Under the pieces are notes generated by a model. That model saw nothing but the letters and a program-made list of their open reading frames with translations. It ran no database searches and had not been told where the DNA came from. The position numbers were made by a program, and so were the translations under genes. Below are positions 49,155 through 58,821 of a stretch of 64,000 nucleotides of DNA, in pieces; the first letter of the stretch is position 1, and each line of letters starts with the position of its first letter. Origin of the DNA: an uncultured Verrucomicrobiae bacterium (GTDB lineage Bacteria; Verrucomicrobiota; Verrucomicrobiia; Limisphaerales; Palsa-1400); the NCBI GenBank assembly GCA_963764165.1, contig CAVXRD010000003.1, positions 384,001 to 448,000 of the forward strand, given 5' to 3'.

Positions 49155-51062
49155 ATGAACGTTCGTCCTAATAACGGTTCCAGTCAGCCTCGTTTCTTTT
49201 GGCGAGGCGTGCTGATTCTGCTTCCGCTGGCGCTGCTGGCGGGCGTCGGCATCTGGTCCCTGTTCCAGGATCGATTGATGGCGGAGGCCGAGGCGCGGAA
49301 TCGCTGCCAACAAGCTGCCTCCCAGTACGCTCAAGTGATGGAGGGCCAAATTTGGTGGCAGACGAATCTTCCCCTCTCGCGCATCACCCTTGACGAGCAT
49401 GGAGAGTTGCAAGCGATTGATAATTCGCGCTCCAAAACCATCTTTCCTGAGCGCCGCGGTGTAACACCTCCTCCCCTCGAAAGGCTGACGACTTCGCAGC
49501 GAGAACTCTGGGAACGAGCAGTCTCCGCAGAAATTCTCTACCGAACGAATGTTGCGGAATCGTTTTCAACCTTTATTGCCAGCAGCCCTCCCCAAGCATT
49601 TCTAACCAGGGCGCGTTACTCGATTGCGTTGTCAGTGCTTCATTCGGATCTCCGAAAAGCAACGAATCTTTTATGGGAAGTCAGAAGCGATCCCAGCACC
49701 ACAACGGAAGGTGGCGTTCCCTACAGCGACCTGGCCATGTATCAACTTACAAAACTGAACCTTTTCATGGACAAATCAAAGCGGGGCGTCTGGCAGACCC
49801 TGCTGGACAAGCCAACACTTCTATCGCGCCCTCTCTTGGAAGAGCTTGCTGGCCCTCATTCGGAAGTGATCGCTCACTGGGAACGGGATCAATCTGCACG
49901 CGAATTCTATGCCTTCATTGCGCCGCGTCTTTCCGGCAAAGACCGCGGAGCGCAATGCGGCTGGGTGCCGTGGCGCGGCGAGGATTGGCTCTGGATGCGG
50001 ACTTCCTTTGAAGGCGGGTCATCGGTTGGAGCTGTTCCTGCTAGCTTCGTGGAACGTGCGGTCGCAAGAGCAATCCCCGCAGAGCAACGGCTGCTCTTGT
50101 ACGCGCAGCCTGTCATTCGCATTTGCGGCAAGGCATTCCCGAGCGCTGCGCCATCCGGCCAACTTCTGGCGACGGGCAACGCCTCACTGGCCGACAACTC
50201 GGACGGCAAAGTGGAAGTCACGGAATTCCTAGCTCATCCCGAAATTCTATACGCCGAGGCCCGGCGGCGCACCTGGTGGTTCGCGGCGCTGATTGCGGTT
50301 TCCGCCGCCGCCGCCGTTGCCGGCCTGGCCAGCGCGTGGCGGGGATTTCGGCAGCAGTGCCAACTAAACGAATTAAAGAGCAATTTTGTTTCCAGTGTTT
50401 CGCACGAATTGCGCGCACCCATCGCCTCGATGCGGTTGATGGCGGAAAGTCTGGAGCGCGGCAAGATCGCCGACCCCGCGCGGCAGCGAGAATACTTCGG
50501 AATGCTCGTCCAGGAATCGCGGCGGCTGGCCATGCTGATCGAGAACATTCTCGATTTCTCGCGCATCGAGCGCGGGAGCAAATCATACGAATTCGAACCG
50601 GCCAACTTGAACGCGCTGGCTCGTGATACCGTAAAAATGATGTCTCCAGCCGCCGCTGAGAAAAATGTTGTCCTCGAATTGCAGGCGTCGAGCGCGAAGA
50701 ACGCCGATTCCGTTTCGTGCGATGCTCTGGCCGTTCGGCAGGCGCTCATCAATCTTATTGACAACGCCATCAAACATTCGCCGTCCGGCGGACGCGTATT
50801 AGTCGGTGTAGAGAATGGCGGGACGACACTTTCGCTTTGGGTGGAAGACAAAGGCGCGGGAATTCCTCGGGAGGAGCATCAGAAAATATTTGAGCGATTT
50901 TACCGGCGCGGATCCGAATTGCGCCGCGAGACCCAGGGAATCGGCATCGGCCTGACCATTGTAAAACATATTGTCGACGGGCATCGCGGGCGCGTGGCTG
51001 TCCGCAGCGCGCCGGGGGAAGGCAGCCGGTTCACGATTGAATTGCCATTGCATGAAAACTGA
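49155..51062 (+). CDS. Sensor histidine kinase with two TM helices and a large periplasmic domain
   Basis: VSHELRAP H-box, NLIDNAIK, DKGAGI and GIGIGL; ATG 49155. Confidence 0.93.
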   Translation: MNVRPNNGSSQPRFFWRGVLILLPLALLAGVGIWSLFQDRLMAEAEARNRCQQAASQYAQVMEGQIWWQTNLPLSRITLDEHGELQAIDNSRSKTIFPERRGVTPPPLERLTTSQRELWERAVSAEILYRTNVAESFSTFIASSPPQAFLTRARYSIALSVLHSDLRKATNLLWEVRSDPSTTTEGGVPYSDLAMYQLTKLNLFMDKSKRGVWQTLLDKPTLLSRPLLEELAGPHSEVIAHWERDQSAREFYAFIAPRLSGKDRGAQCGWVPWRGEDWLWMRTSFEGGSSVGAVPASFVERAVARAIPAEQRLLLYAQPVIRICGKAFPSAAPSGQLLATGNASLADNSDGKVEVTEFLAHPEILYAEARRRTWWFAALIAVSAAAAVAGLASAWRGFRQQCQLNELKSNFVSSVSHELRAPIASMRLMAESLERGKIADPARQREYFGMLVQESRRLAMLIENILDFSRIERGSKSYEFEPANLNALARDTVKMMSPAAAEKNVVLELQASSAKNADSVSCDALAVRQALINLIDNAIKHSPSGGRVLVGVENGGTTLSLWVEDKGAGIPREEHQKIFERFYRRGSELRRETQGIGIGLTIVKHIVDGHRGRVAVRSAPGEGSRFTIELPLHEN

Positions 51063-51753
51063 CGCCCGCATTTTAATCATTGAAGACGAATTGCCAATGC
51101 GCACTGCGCTGACGGATTGCCTGGAGGCGGAAGGCTATCGCGTGCTCACCGCGGCGGACGGCCCTAGCGGCTTGGAACGCGCCGTCCGCGAAAAGCCCGA
51201 TCTCATTCTCATGGACATCATGATGCCAAAACTCGACGGTTACTCGCTCTGCGCCCAAATACGCCGCCTATCTCTTATGATTCCCATTCTCATGCTGACA
51301 GCGAAAGGCCAGGTCGAAGACCGCGTGCGCGGCCTGGACGCCGGGGCGGATGATTATCTCGTGAAACCGTTCAGCACCGACGAACTGCTGGCGCGCGCGC
51401 GGGCCCTGCTCCGCCGCGCCCGCAAACAATCTTCCCTGCCCGACACGCTTTGCCTCGGGCGCGTGGTCATCGATTTGCCGAGGCAAACGGCGACCCGCAA
51501 AGGCAAGCCGATCCACCTGAGCGCGCGCGAATTCGCCATGCTGCGCCTGATGCTGGAAACACCCGGCGAGCCGGTGACGCGCGAGCGTTTTCTCGACGCC
51601 GTCTGGGGCTACACGGCGTTTCCCACCACGCGCACGGTGGACACGCACATCGCCGCTTTGCGGGCGAAGATCGAAGAAAATCCCGAGGAGCCGAAGTGGA
51701 TCAAGACCGTGCATGGAACAGGTTACCGCCTGGAATTTCTTACAAAACCATGA
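51052..51753 (+). CDS. OmpR/PhoB family response regulator
   Basis: IIEDE, DIMMPKLDG, GADDYLVKPF, RTVDTHI and TVHGTGYR. Confidence 0.95.
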   Translation: MKTDARILIIEDELPMRTALTDCLEAEGYRVLTAADGPSGLERAVREKPDLILMDIMMPKLDGYSLCAQIRRLSLMIPILMLTAKGQVEDRVRGLDAGADDYLVKPFSTDELLARARALLRRARKQSSLPDTLCLGRVVIDLPRQTATRKGKPIHLSAREFAMLRLMLETPGEPVTRERFLDAVWGYTAFPTTRTVDTHIAALRAKIEENPEEPKWIKTVHGTGYRLEFLTKP

Positions 51754-51788
51754 CAAACGGAAAGCGCATTCCGCGCTAAATTCGAAAC

Positions 51789-54338
51789 ATGAAATTTTTA
51801 TTTACTGCCATTGTCATTCTCGCGCTGGCTGCACCGGTCCCAAGCCGCGCGGACACCAACGATCTCGCCGCCTTTCTCCAGCGCGGCCTTTTTGAGGAAG
51901 AAGCCAATCACCAATACGAGGCCGCCATCGCCGATTACAAAGCAGCTATTGACCATTTCGATCACGAGCGCCAACTGGCCGCGACCGCCATTTTCCGCCT
52001 CGGCGAATGCTACCGCAAACAAGGGCGCACCAACGAAGCCAGCGCCCAATATGAACGCCTCGTCCACGAATTTCCCGACCAAACGCAATTGGCGCAATTG
52101 ATCCAGGCCTATCTGCCAGCCAACGCAATCGCGGCAACGTCAATTTCGGGCATCCCTGATAGATCCTTGTTAACAGACGAACAGAAATTCCTGCTTGAAG
52201 TAAAACAAACCGTCCAAAACAGCCCCGACCTCATCAATCAGCAACTGGCCGCCGCCATCAACCAAGGGTATATATCCGCCGCGGAGTATTTGTTGGACCA
52301 TGGCGGAGAAGTGAACCCATCTTCAGCGACCGGATTTGTCCCCATCGTCGTTGCAGCCAGCCGTGGAAACGAAGGCATGGTTCGGCTCCTGCTCAGGCAC
52401 GGAGCCAATATTGACGCGCTCGACGGCCAAAGATTCACCGCCTTCGCCAGGGCAGCACACCAACGCTTCATCGCGGTTTGCCTGACGCTCATCAGCAATA
52501 AGGCAGACGTAAACCTCGGTGCGACGTCTCCCATCATTGACGCCATTCGCCAGAAAGACGAGGCAATGGTTCGCTTGCTCTTGGAGCATGGCGCCGCCCT
52601 TGAAACTCGTGGCTTTAAAGACGACACCGCGCTGGGGATAGCGGCCTCAGAACACAACGTTTCCATTTGCCAGCTATTGGTGGAGCACGGGGCGAATGTG
52701 AACGCAACGAATGGCAATGGCGCGACGCCCATTTTCCACTCGATAAATGAAGACGATTTTGCGATCACGGAATTCCTCGTCACGAATCATGCGCTGCTCA
52801 ATATCGCAGACCATGCGGGGGAAAGCCCGCTCGTGCAGGCGATGGACCGCCCAAAGATCAGCATCTTTGCGCTTCTCCTCGAGCATAAGGCCGACCCAAA
52901 CCAGATAGCCGCAATGCGAGGCTACTCTTCCCTCTCGCCGCTCGGGTGGGCAATCCTGGCCGGCCGCCCCGATATGGTCTCCTTGCTTCTTGAGGCCGGC
53001 GCGAATGCCAACGCGCCGATTCCACCGCAACTGAAGAACAATGGGCAGATCCCTGGCGGTCCCGCTGGCGACACATTATATCCAAATCCCGGCGCCAACT
53101 CCATAACGTGGATGGCGTCTCCGCCTGACGGCGCAACTCCGCTATATTTGACAATATTCTGGAGACCCAACCAACACACCAAAATCGTGTCGCTGCTCCT
53201 CGATCACGGCGCTGAGCCCAATATCATCAATGCCGAAGACCATTTGACACCATTGAATCGCGCCGTCGCCTCCGATTGGGTCGACGACGTGGAATTGCTT
53301 GTCAAACATGGAGCCGACGTCAACAAAACAAACGGCTTGGGCGCGCCCCCTCTCGCCTCTCTCCGCTCGCCGCGGACTCCTGAGGCGGAAAAAATTGAAG
53401 CGGCGCTCATTGCCGCTGGGGCCGACGCCAATTACAATCGGCGGGGATACATTTGGACGATGGGACTCCGAGGCGCCAACAAAACACAGATATTCCGCTG
53501 CCAGACGAATTCGATCAACCACTACACACTGCTGGAGTCCATCGCTGAACTCTACCGCGTTGGGGGAGCGCACGGGCCTGCTTACCCAAGTCCACTGGGA
53601 AGCACCAAGGGCGTCTCTTTCGGCGCATATTTGTATAACCATGGAACATACATGCATCGGGAGAGTTTGATTCGCTTTCCAGATTTCAAGCACGTGGTCA
53701 TCCGGCGTTTGGCCGGGTCAACCAACGAGACAATCCTGATTGACGCCGAAGAAATCCTTGCCTCCGGCGACCGCAGCCGGGATGTGCCGCTCGCCTCCGG
53801 TGACATGGTGGAAATCGGAAATCAGGAACATCGCGTCGCCGAAAATTGGAAGGGGCTGCCGGGCTTTGATCTCGTCGCCCTGAACAGAATGCTCACCCGA
53901 AAAGTGACGATCTTGACCAAGGCCGACACGAATAATCTGGTCCTCGAGCCGCCGATCGCTGACGAACACGAGCCTGACTCCGACGAGGGAGAGCCTCCCA
54001 TACCCTCGTCCAAGCTGCCCGCAGGGCTAAGGGGAACGGGAGGCACGATATCGGTGCGTTCCTTTTTCCTCGACAAGGTTGTTCGCGACAAAGAGGTTCT
54101 GCTAAACACATGGGACCTCTCCAAAGTCCGCCTCGTCCGGAACGGGCAAACGAACACATTCGACTTGACAGCGTCTCCCGCGCCGGAAGTCTGGCTGGAA
54201 GACGGCGACTTGATTGAAATTTCCGATCCGTCTGATCTGGGCATCACGGCACCAGCACAATCTTCCCAGCCGCCCCAGGCTCCATCACTGCATCGTGCGC
54301 CGCCGGGGCCTCCGCCAAGGAAAGCTCCCGGGCAATAA
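51789..54338 (+). CDS. Secreted TPR plus ankyrin-repeat protein with an SLBB-like C-terminal region
   Basis: Signal peptide; AIFRLGECYRKQG TPR; about 10 ankyrin repeats (LL.HGA.VN); LASGDMVEI and LEDGDLIEI motifs. Confidence 0.85.
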   Translation: MKFLFTAIVILALAAPVPSRADTNDLAAFLQRGLFEEEANHQYEAAIADYKAAIDHFDHERQLAATAIFRLGECYRKQGRTNEASAQYERLVHEFPDQTQLAQLIQAYLPANAIAATSISGIPDRSLLTDEQKFLLEVKQTVQNSPDLINQQLAAAINQGYISAAEYLLDHGGEVNPSSATGFVPIVVAASRGNEGMVRLLLRHGANIDALDGQRFTAFARAAHQRFIAVCLTLISNKADVNLGATSPIIDAIRQKDEAMVRLLLEHGAALETRGFKDDTALGIAASEHNVSICQLLVEHGANVNATNGNGATPIFHSINEDDFAITEFLVTNHALLNIADHAGESPLVQAMDRPKISIFALLLEHKADPNQIAAMRGYSSLSPLGWAILAGRPDMVSLLLEAGANANAPIPPQLKNNGQIPGGPAGDTLYPNPGANSITWMASPPDGATPLYLTIFWRPNQHTKIVSLLLDHGAEPNIINAEDHLTPLNRAVASDWVDDVELLVKHGADVNKTNGLGAPPLASLRSPRTPEAEKIEAALIAAGADANYNRRGYIWTMGLRGANKTQIFRCQTNSINHYTLLESIAELYRVGGAHGPAYPSPLGSTKGVSFGAYLYNHGTYMHRESLIRFPDFKHVVIRRLAGSTNETILIDAEEILASGDRSRDVPLASGDMVEIGNQEHRVAENWKGLPGFDLVALNRMLTRKVTILTKADTNNLVLEPPIADEHEPDSDEGEPPIPSSKLPAGLRGTGGTISVRSFFLDKVVRDKEVLLNTWDLSKVRLVRNGQTNTFDLTASPAPEVWLEDGDLIEISDPSDLGITAPAQSSQPPQAPSLHRAPPGPPPRKAPGQ

Positions 54339-55203
54339 TAGGTTTGACGGTTCCGTTTTCAAGCCCCGCGCGCAAGGCGGCATGCACAGCCACTTTCTCG
54401 CGGGGCGAAAGGTTGAACAGCATCATTCCGCGAATCTCCGCGTCGCGCACCATCAACTCGCGCGGATTAATTTCCACCGTCCCGCGGCTGCCGACGACGA
54501 TCACCCTTCCGTTGCGGGCGAGCACTTCCAAATCCTTGCCCAAATTTACATTTGACAGCATTTCGATGATGATGTCAACGCCGCGATTTTCGGTGATTTC
54601 GCGAACTTTGCCGAGGTAATCGGGCTGGCGGTGGTTCAAGACATAGTTCGCGCCCAAATCTCGAACAAGCTGTTCGCCCTTCTCGGAACCGGCGGTGCCA
54701 ATGACAATCAAACCCGCGGCATGGGCCAATTGCACCGCCGCCGTGCCGACTCCGCCGCTGGCGCCATGAATCAAAACTGTCTCGCCGGGAATCGCGCGCG
54801 CCCGTTGAAACAGCGCCCGCCAGGCCGTGCCGTAGGGAACACCCAAAGCCGCGCCTTGCGAAAAGGATGCGTGCGCGGGGAGAGGATGAACATCGGTGGC
54901 TTCGCAAATCGCCAGGCTGGCATAGGTGCCAGTCACGCTGCCGCTCGTGTAGACGCGGTCTCCGACGGCGACGTGGCGCACCGAGGAGCCGATTTTCGCG
55001 ACTTCGCCCGCCGCGTCATTGCCGGGCGTGTAGGGCACGGCGGCGTTTGGATATTTTCCAGAGCGAATGTAAGTGTCGACCGGATTCACGCCGATGGCCC
55101 GCACCGACACGAGAATCTGGCTCGGGCCTGGCTCGGGGTCGGGCACAGTTTTGAGTTGAAGAACTTCCGGGCCTCCAAACTGAGTAACGCGTATCGCTTT
55201 CAT
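54244..55203 (-). CDS. NADPH:quinone reductase (zeta-crystallin/MDR family)
   Basis: GGPEVL, GVNPVDTYIRSG, HGASGGVG and GKIVL. Confidence 0.93.
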   Translation of the reverse strand: MKAIRVTQFGGPEVLQLKTVPDPEPGPSQILVSVRAIGVNPVDTYIRSGKYPNAAVPYTPGNDAAGEVAKIGSSVRHVAVGDRVYTSGSVTGTYASLAICEATDVHPLPAHASFSQGAALGVPYGTAWRALFQRARAIPGETVLIHGASGGVGTAAVQLAHAAGLIVIGTAGSEKGEQLVRDLGANYVLNHRQPDYLGKVREITENRGVDIIIEMLSNVNLGKDLEVLARNGRVIVVGSRGTVEINPRELMVRDAEIRGMMLFNLSPREKVAVHAALRAGLENGTVKPIIARELSLAEAPAAHDAVMEPGAAGKIVLVP

Positions 55204-55245
55204 ATATTGGAATTCATTCTACATCAAAATTTTGAAAATTAAATT

Positions 55246-55404
55246 AATCTGGAACTCCCGAACGCAGGAAAAGAGGTCCGCGTCGGTCTTCGGACGATGG
55301 AGATGGTGTGGATTCCGGAAAGAAATGCCTGACGCCGCACCCGGATTAACGTTGCGCACGAAACCGACTTCCGTCTCTTTTCCTGATTTCGTGAGTTCCA
55401 GATT
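55246..55404. repeat. Inverted pair, family E (AATCTGGAACTCNCGAANNCAGGAAAAGAG)
   Basis: Arms 55246-55275 and 55375-55404; single arms near 17409-17438 and 23429-23449. Confidence 0.75.
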
Positions 55405-55672
55405 CAATTTTCGCATTTTTCCTTCAAAAATCGTGCTGAAAAACCTCTGGGAGGTTTTCTGTTTTCATTTCGATGTGCCATTCTGCATCCGCATGAATGA
55501 ATTTTATAGAGCTGAGAGGGCTGGGATGAGGACTGAGGCTGCCAGCCGCCGCGCAGCGGGCCGCGAAAACTCAGCCATCACCTGTTTGGACCGGGGATAT
55601 ACGGGGGCGGCATCACGGCGCTCCGGCAGCCAAATGTAGGCAATTGTAGCCAATTGTAGGTAAATGTAGGCA
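55340..55672 (-). other. Dispersed non-coding element, copy 2
   Basis: Homologous to 17278-17475; four 10-bp units (AAWTGTAGSY) at 55632-55671. Confidence 0.7.
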
Positions 55673-55710
55673 GTTTTTAAAAAATCACAAAATGGAACCA
55701 CCGAAAAACG

Positions 55711-55860
55711 GCCACAGATTAACACAGATCAACACAGATTTTCTGACAAGGCATTTCTTTGACGGGCGACGCCGCGGCGAGGTTGTGAGGGATCGGTTCG
55801 CATTCCGCTTTTGTCGCTTGGGCCAGTCTTTATCTGTGTTGATCTGTGTTAATCTGTGGC
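55711..55860. repeat. Inverted pair, family D (three ACACAGAT units, 10-bp period)
   Basis: Perfect 29-bp inverted repeat 55711-55739 and 55832-55860; single arm at 61381-61410. Confidence 0.85.
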
Positions 55861-55919
55861 TCGCCCCCCAAACATTTCTTGCGGGGTGGCGCGATGAGGC
55901 CTTATGCTGTGCGCGGATT

Positions 55920-56013
55920 TGCCAGGGCCCATGGAGCGTGGACTTACAAACCCCGCCAGGGCAGGAATGCAGCAACGGTAGTCTGCTCCGCGCAAGCCGT
56001 GGTCACCCTGGCA
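55920..56013 (+). ncRNA. ffs: Signal recognition particle RNA (4.5S, small type)
   Basis: Core CCGCCAGG-GCA-GGAA-TGC-AGCAACGG matches SRP domain IV; closing stem TGCCAGGG/CCCTGGCA; typical position upstream of dnaX-ybaB-recR. Confidence 0.88.
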
Positions 56014-56052
56014 TTCCTCCTTATTGGAACCCAATAAAGTCAAAGTCAAATC

Positions 56053-57840
56053 GTGTCATACCAGGTCATAGCGCGGAAATATCGCCCGCAACGCTTCGCC
56101 GACGTTGTCGGGCAGGAGCACGTCACCCAGACGCTCGGCAATGCGATCGCGCAAAACCGCATCGCTCACGCCTATTTGTTCGTCGGCCCGCGCGGCACCG
56201 GCAAGACGACCATCGCGCGCATTTTCGCCAAGTGCCTTAATTGCACCAACGGCCCGAAAATCGAATTTCCCGACGACGATCCGCGCGTGCAGGAAATCAC
56301 CGAGGGCCGCTCGATGGACGTCCTGGAAATCGACGGCGCGAGCAATCGCGGCATCGACGAAATTCGCGAATTGCGCGATACGGTGAAATATGTTCCCGCC
56401 ACCTCGCGCTTCAAAATTTACATCATCGACGAAGTCCACATGCTGACAAAGGAGGCGTTCAACGCGTTGCTCAAGACGCTGGAAGAACCGCCGCCCCACG
56501 TCAAATTCATGTTCGCCACGACCGAGCCGGAGAAGGTGCTGCCCACCATTCTTTCGCGCTGCCAACGGTTTGACCTGCGGCGCATTCCGTCGGCGCTGAT
56601 CGTGAAGCACCTTTCGGAAATCGCGGCCAAGGAGAGCGTGACCATCGACGAGGCAGCGCTGCACGCCATCGCGCGAGGAGCGGACGGCGGTATGCGCGAC
56701 GCGGAATCCACCCTTGATCAGCTCATCAGTTTTTGCGGCAAGGAAATTGCCGAGGAGGATGTGCTTTCGATGTTCGGCCTCGCGGCGCGGGGGCAAATTC
56801 TCGCCTTGGCCAGCGCGGTGCTGGCGGGTGAAGCGGAAACGGCGCTGCGGCAATTGAACGATCTGGCGCATCAGGGCAAAGACATCGGACGGCTCGTGAC
56901 GGAATTGCTTCTGCATTTTCGCAACTTGCTGATTTTCCAAGTTTCCAAGGGCGACTTGCGCATGATCGAAGCGTCCGAGGCCGAAGCCGTCGCGCTCAAG
57001 GAACAGGTCGCGGGCGTTCATTCGGATTCGCTGACTCGCATGCTGGAAGTGCTGACGGATTGCGAAGGACGCTTGCGCGATAGGACTTCGAAGAAAATTC
57101 TGGTGGAAGTTGCGCTGCTGAAAATGATCGAGGCGCGAGACGCGGTGAGCATTGATACTGTGCTGAAGCAGCTTCATCTTTTGCGCGGGGGGGCTGGGGC
57201 CGCGGCTGTGGCGCGTCCGGCGGCAGCCGCGCCGGCTAGCCGGCCGGCGCCCGCTGCTCATTCGACCTATACGACTAATGCGACCTATTCTGCCGCGACA
57301 GCCGCGCCGGCTCCAACAGCGCCGCCTGCGCCCGCTGCCAAACCCACAGGCACCCTCGACTTGGAACAGCTTTGGAGGGAATTAGTCGAGGCGGTGGGCC
57401 GCGCCAGCCCGTTCGTAAAAGCGTATTTTCTCGAGGCGCACCCAGTGTCGTTTGTTCGGAATGTGCTGACGATTGGCTTCGATCCTGAGTTTGCGGATCA
57501 TCTGCCTTTAGTTGACAACGCGCGCAACCATGCCGTCGTCCAGACGAAGCTGTCGGAGCTGGGCTATCCGAATTCGCAGGTGAAGTTCATCAAGGCGGAT
57601 GAGCCGCCGGGCCGCCGCAAGGCGGAAGCGCCCGCCGCCGCGCCCGCGCCAGAACCTGCGCTCACGACTCCGACTGCGCCGAAAGTTGCGGCTGCCAAGA
57701 CCGCACCAGCCGCGGAAGCGCCGAAGGCCACTCCGCCGCCCCCGCCCGGGCCGGCCAGCGCGCAAGATTTCAAAAGCGATCCGCTGATTCAAAAGGCTCT
57801 CGAAGTGTTTCGGGGCCAGTTGGTGGATGTTCGCACCTAA
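56053..57840 (+). CDS. dnaX: DNA polymerase III subunit gamma/tau
   Basis: ARKYRPQRF, GPRGTGKTT, IIDEVHML and TILSRCQ. Confidence 0.97.
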   Translation: MSYQVIARKYRPQRFADVVGQEHVTQTLGNAIAQNRIAHAYLFVGPRGTGKTTIARIFAKCLNCTNGPKIEFPDDDPRVQEITEGRSMDVLEIDGASNRGIDEIRELRDTVKYVPATSRFKIYIIDEVHMLTKEAFNALLKTLEEPPPHVKFMFATTEPEKVLPTILSRCQRFDLRRIPSALIVKHLSEIAAKESVTIDEAALHAIARGADGGMRDAESTLDQLISFCGKEIAEEDVLSMFGLAARGQILALASAVLAGEAETALRQLNDLAHQGKDIGRLVTELLLHFRNLLIFQVSKGDLRMIEASEAEAVALKEQVAGVHSDSLTRMLEVLTDCEGRLRDRTSKKILVEVALLKMIEARDAVSIDTVLKQLHLLRGGAGAAAVARPAAAAPASRPAPAAHSTYTTNATYSAATAAPAPTAPPAPAAKPTGTLDLEQLWRELVEAVGRASPFVKAYFLEAHPVSFVRNVLTIGFDPEFADHLPLVDNARNHAVVQTKLSELGYPNSQVKFIKADEPPGRRKAEAPAAAPAPEPALTTPTAPKVAAAKTAPAAEAPKATPPPPPGPASAQDFKSDPLIQKALEVFRGQLVDVRT

Positions 57841-57861
57841 CAAACTTAACTCAAAATTGCC

Positions 57862-58173
57862 ATGTCCAGCATCGGAAAACTCGTCAAACAGGCTGCTCGC
57901 ATGCAGCAGCAAATGGAACAAATCCAGGCCGACCTCGCCGCCCGCACGGTCGAAGCCACCAGCGGCGGCGGCGCGGTCAAGGTCGTCGCAAAATGTGACA
58001 ACACTATTTCTTCGATCAAGATCGATCCGCAAGCCATCAATCCCGCTGACGCCGCGTTGCTGGAGGACATGATCGTCTCCGCCGTGAACGCCGCGCTCGG
58101 ACAGGCCAAAGCCATTTCCACCGCGGAAATGGGCAAAGCCACCCAAGGCTTCAGCATTCCCGGATTGATGTAA
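57862..58173 (+). CDS. ybaB: YbaB/EbfC nucleoid-associated protein
   Basis: KQAARMQQ, SGGGAVKV and LEDMIVSAVN; lies between dnaX and recR. Confidence 0.93.
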   Translation: MSSIGKLVKQAARMQQQMEQIQADLAARTVEATSGGGAVKVVAKCDNTISSIKIDPQAINPADAALLEDMIVSAVNAALGQAKAISTAEMGKATQGFSIPGLM

Positions 58174-58215
58174 TTTCGCGGCGGGCAAGCGACCATTTCC
58201 ATTCCATTCCATTCA

Positions 58216-58815
58216 GTGCCTCTTCCCGAACCCATCACGACGCTGACCGAAGCGTTGTGCCGCCTGCCCGGCATCGGCCCGCGCTCGGCGGAACGGCTGG
58301 CCCTGCACCTCGTGCAGTCCGAGGCTGACGAAGTGCGGCTGCTGGCGCAGACGATGGTGCAGGCGCGCGAGAAAGTGCGGCTGTGCTCGATCTGTGGCGG
58401 GCTGACGGAAATGGACCCCTGCTCCATCTGCCAGGATTCGCGCCGCGATCATTCGATGCTTTGCGTGGTGGAGCGTCCGCTCGATATTTTCGCGTTTGAG
58501 AAATCAGGGACGTTTCGCGGAATTTACCACGTTCTCGGCGGGAGGATTTCTCCGCTCAATGGCGTTGAGCCGGAGGATTTGCGCCTCGCGGAATTGGAAT
58601 CGCGCCTTGGCAAAGGTGTCACGGAAATCATCGTGGCGCTGAGCACGGATGTCGAAGGGGACGCGACGAGTTTTTATCTCGCCAAGCGGCTGGCGGGAAA
58701 AGGCGCGCGCATTTCCCGGCTGGCGCACGGCCTGCCTGCGGGCAGCGGCTTGGAATTCGCCGATGAAGTGACCTTGAGCCGCGCGCTGGAAGGCCGCCGC
58801 GAACTGCTTTCGTAG
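58216..58815 (+). CDS. recR: Recombination mediator RecR
   Basis: LPGIGPRSAERL, C4 zinc finger, YHVLGG and EGDAT. Confidence 0.97.
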   Translation: MPLPEPITTLTEALCRLPGIGPRSAERLALHLVQSEADEVRLLAQTMVQAREKVRLCSICGGLTEMDPCSICQDSRRDHSMLCVVERPLDIFAFEKSGTFRGIYHVLGGRISPLNGVEPEDLRLAELESRLGKGVTEIIVALSTDVEGDATSFYLAKRLAGKGARISRLAHGLPAGSGLEFADEVTLSRALEGRRELLS

Positions 58816-58821
58816 AATTTT

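Noticed and set aside
57187..57193. G7 run after DnaX domain III as a gamma/tau frameshift site
   Set aside because: Does not match the A-AAA-AAG or poly-A slippage signals known for dnaX; no supporting evidence
58194..58214. CATTC x4 just before the recR start
   Set aside because: Short microsatellite with no evidence for phase variation
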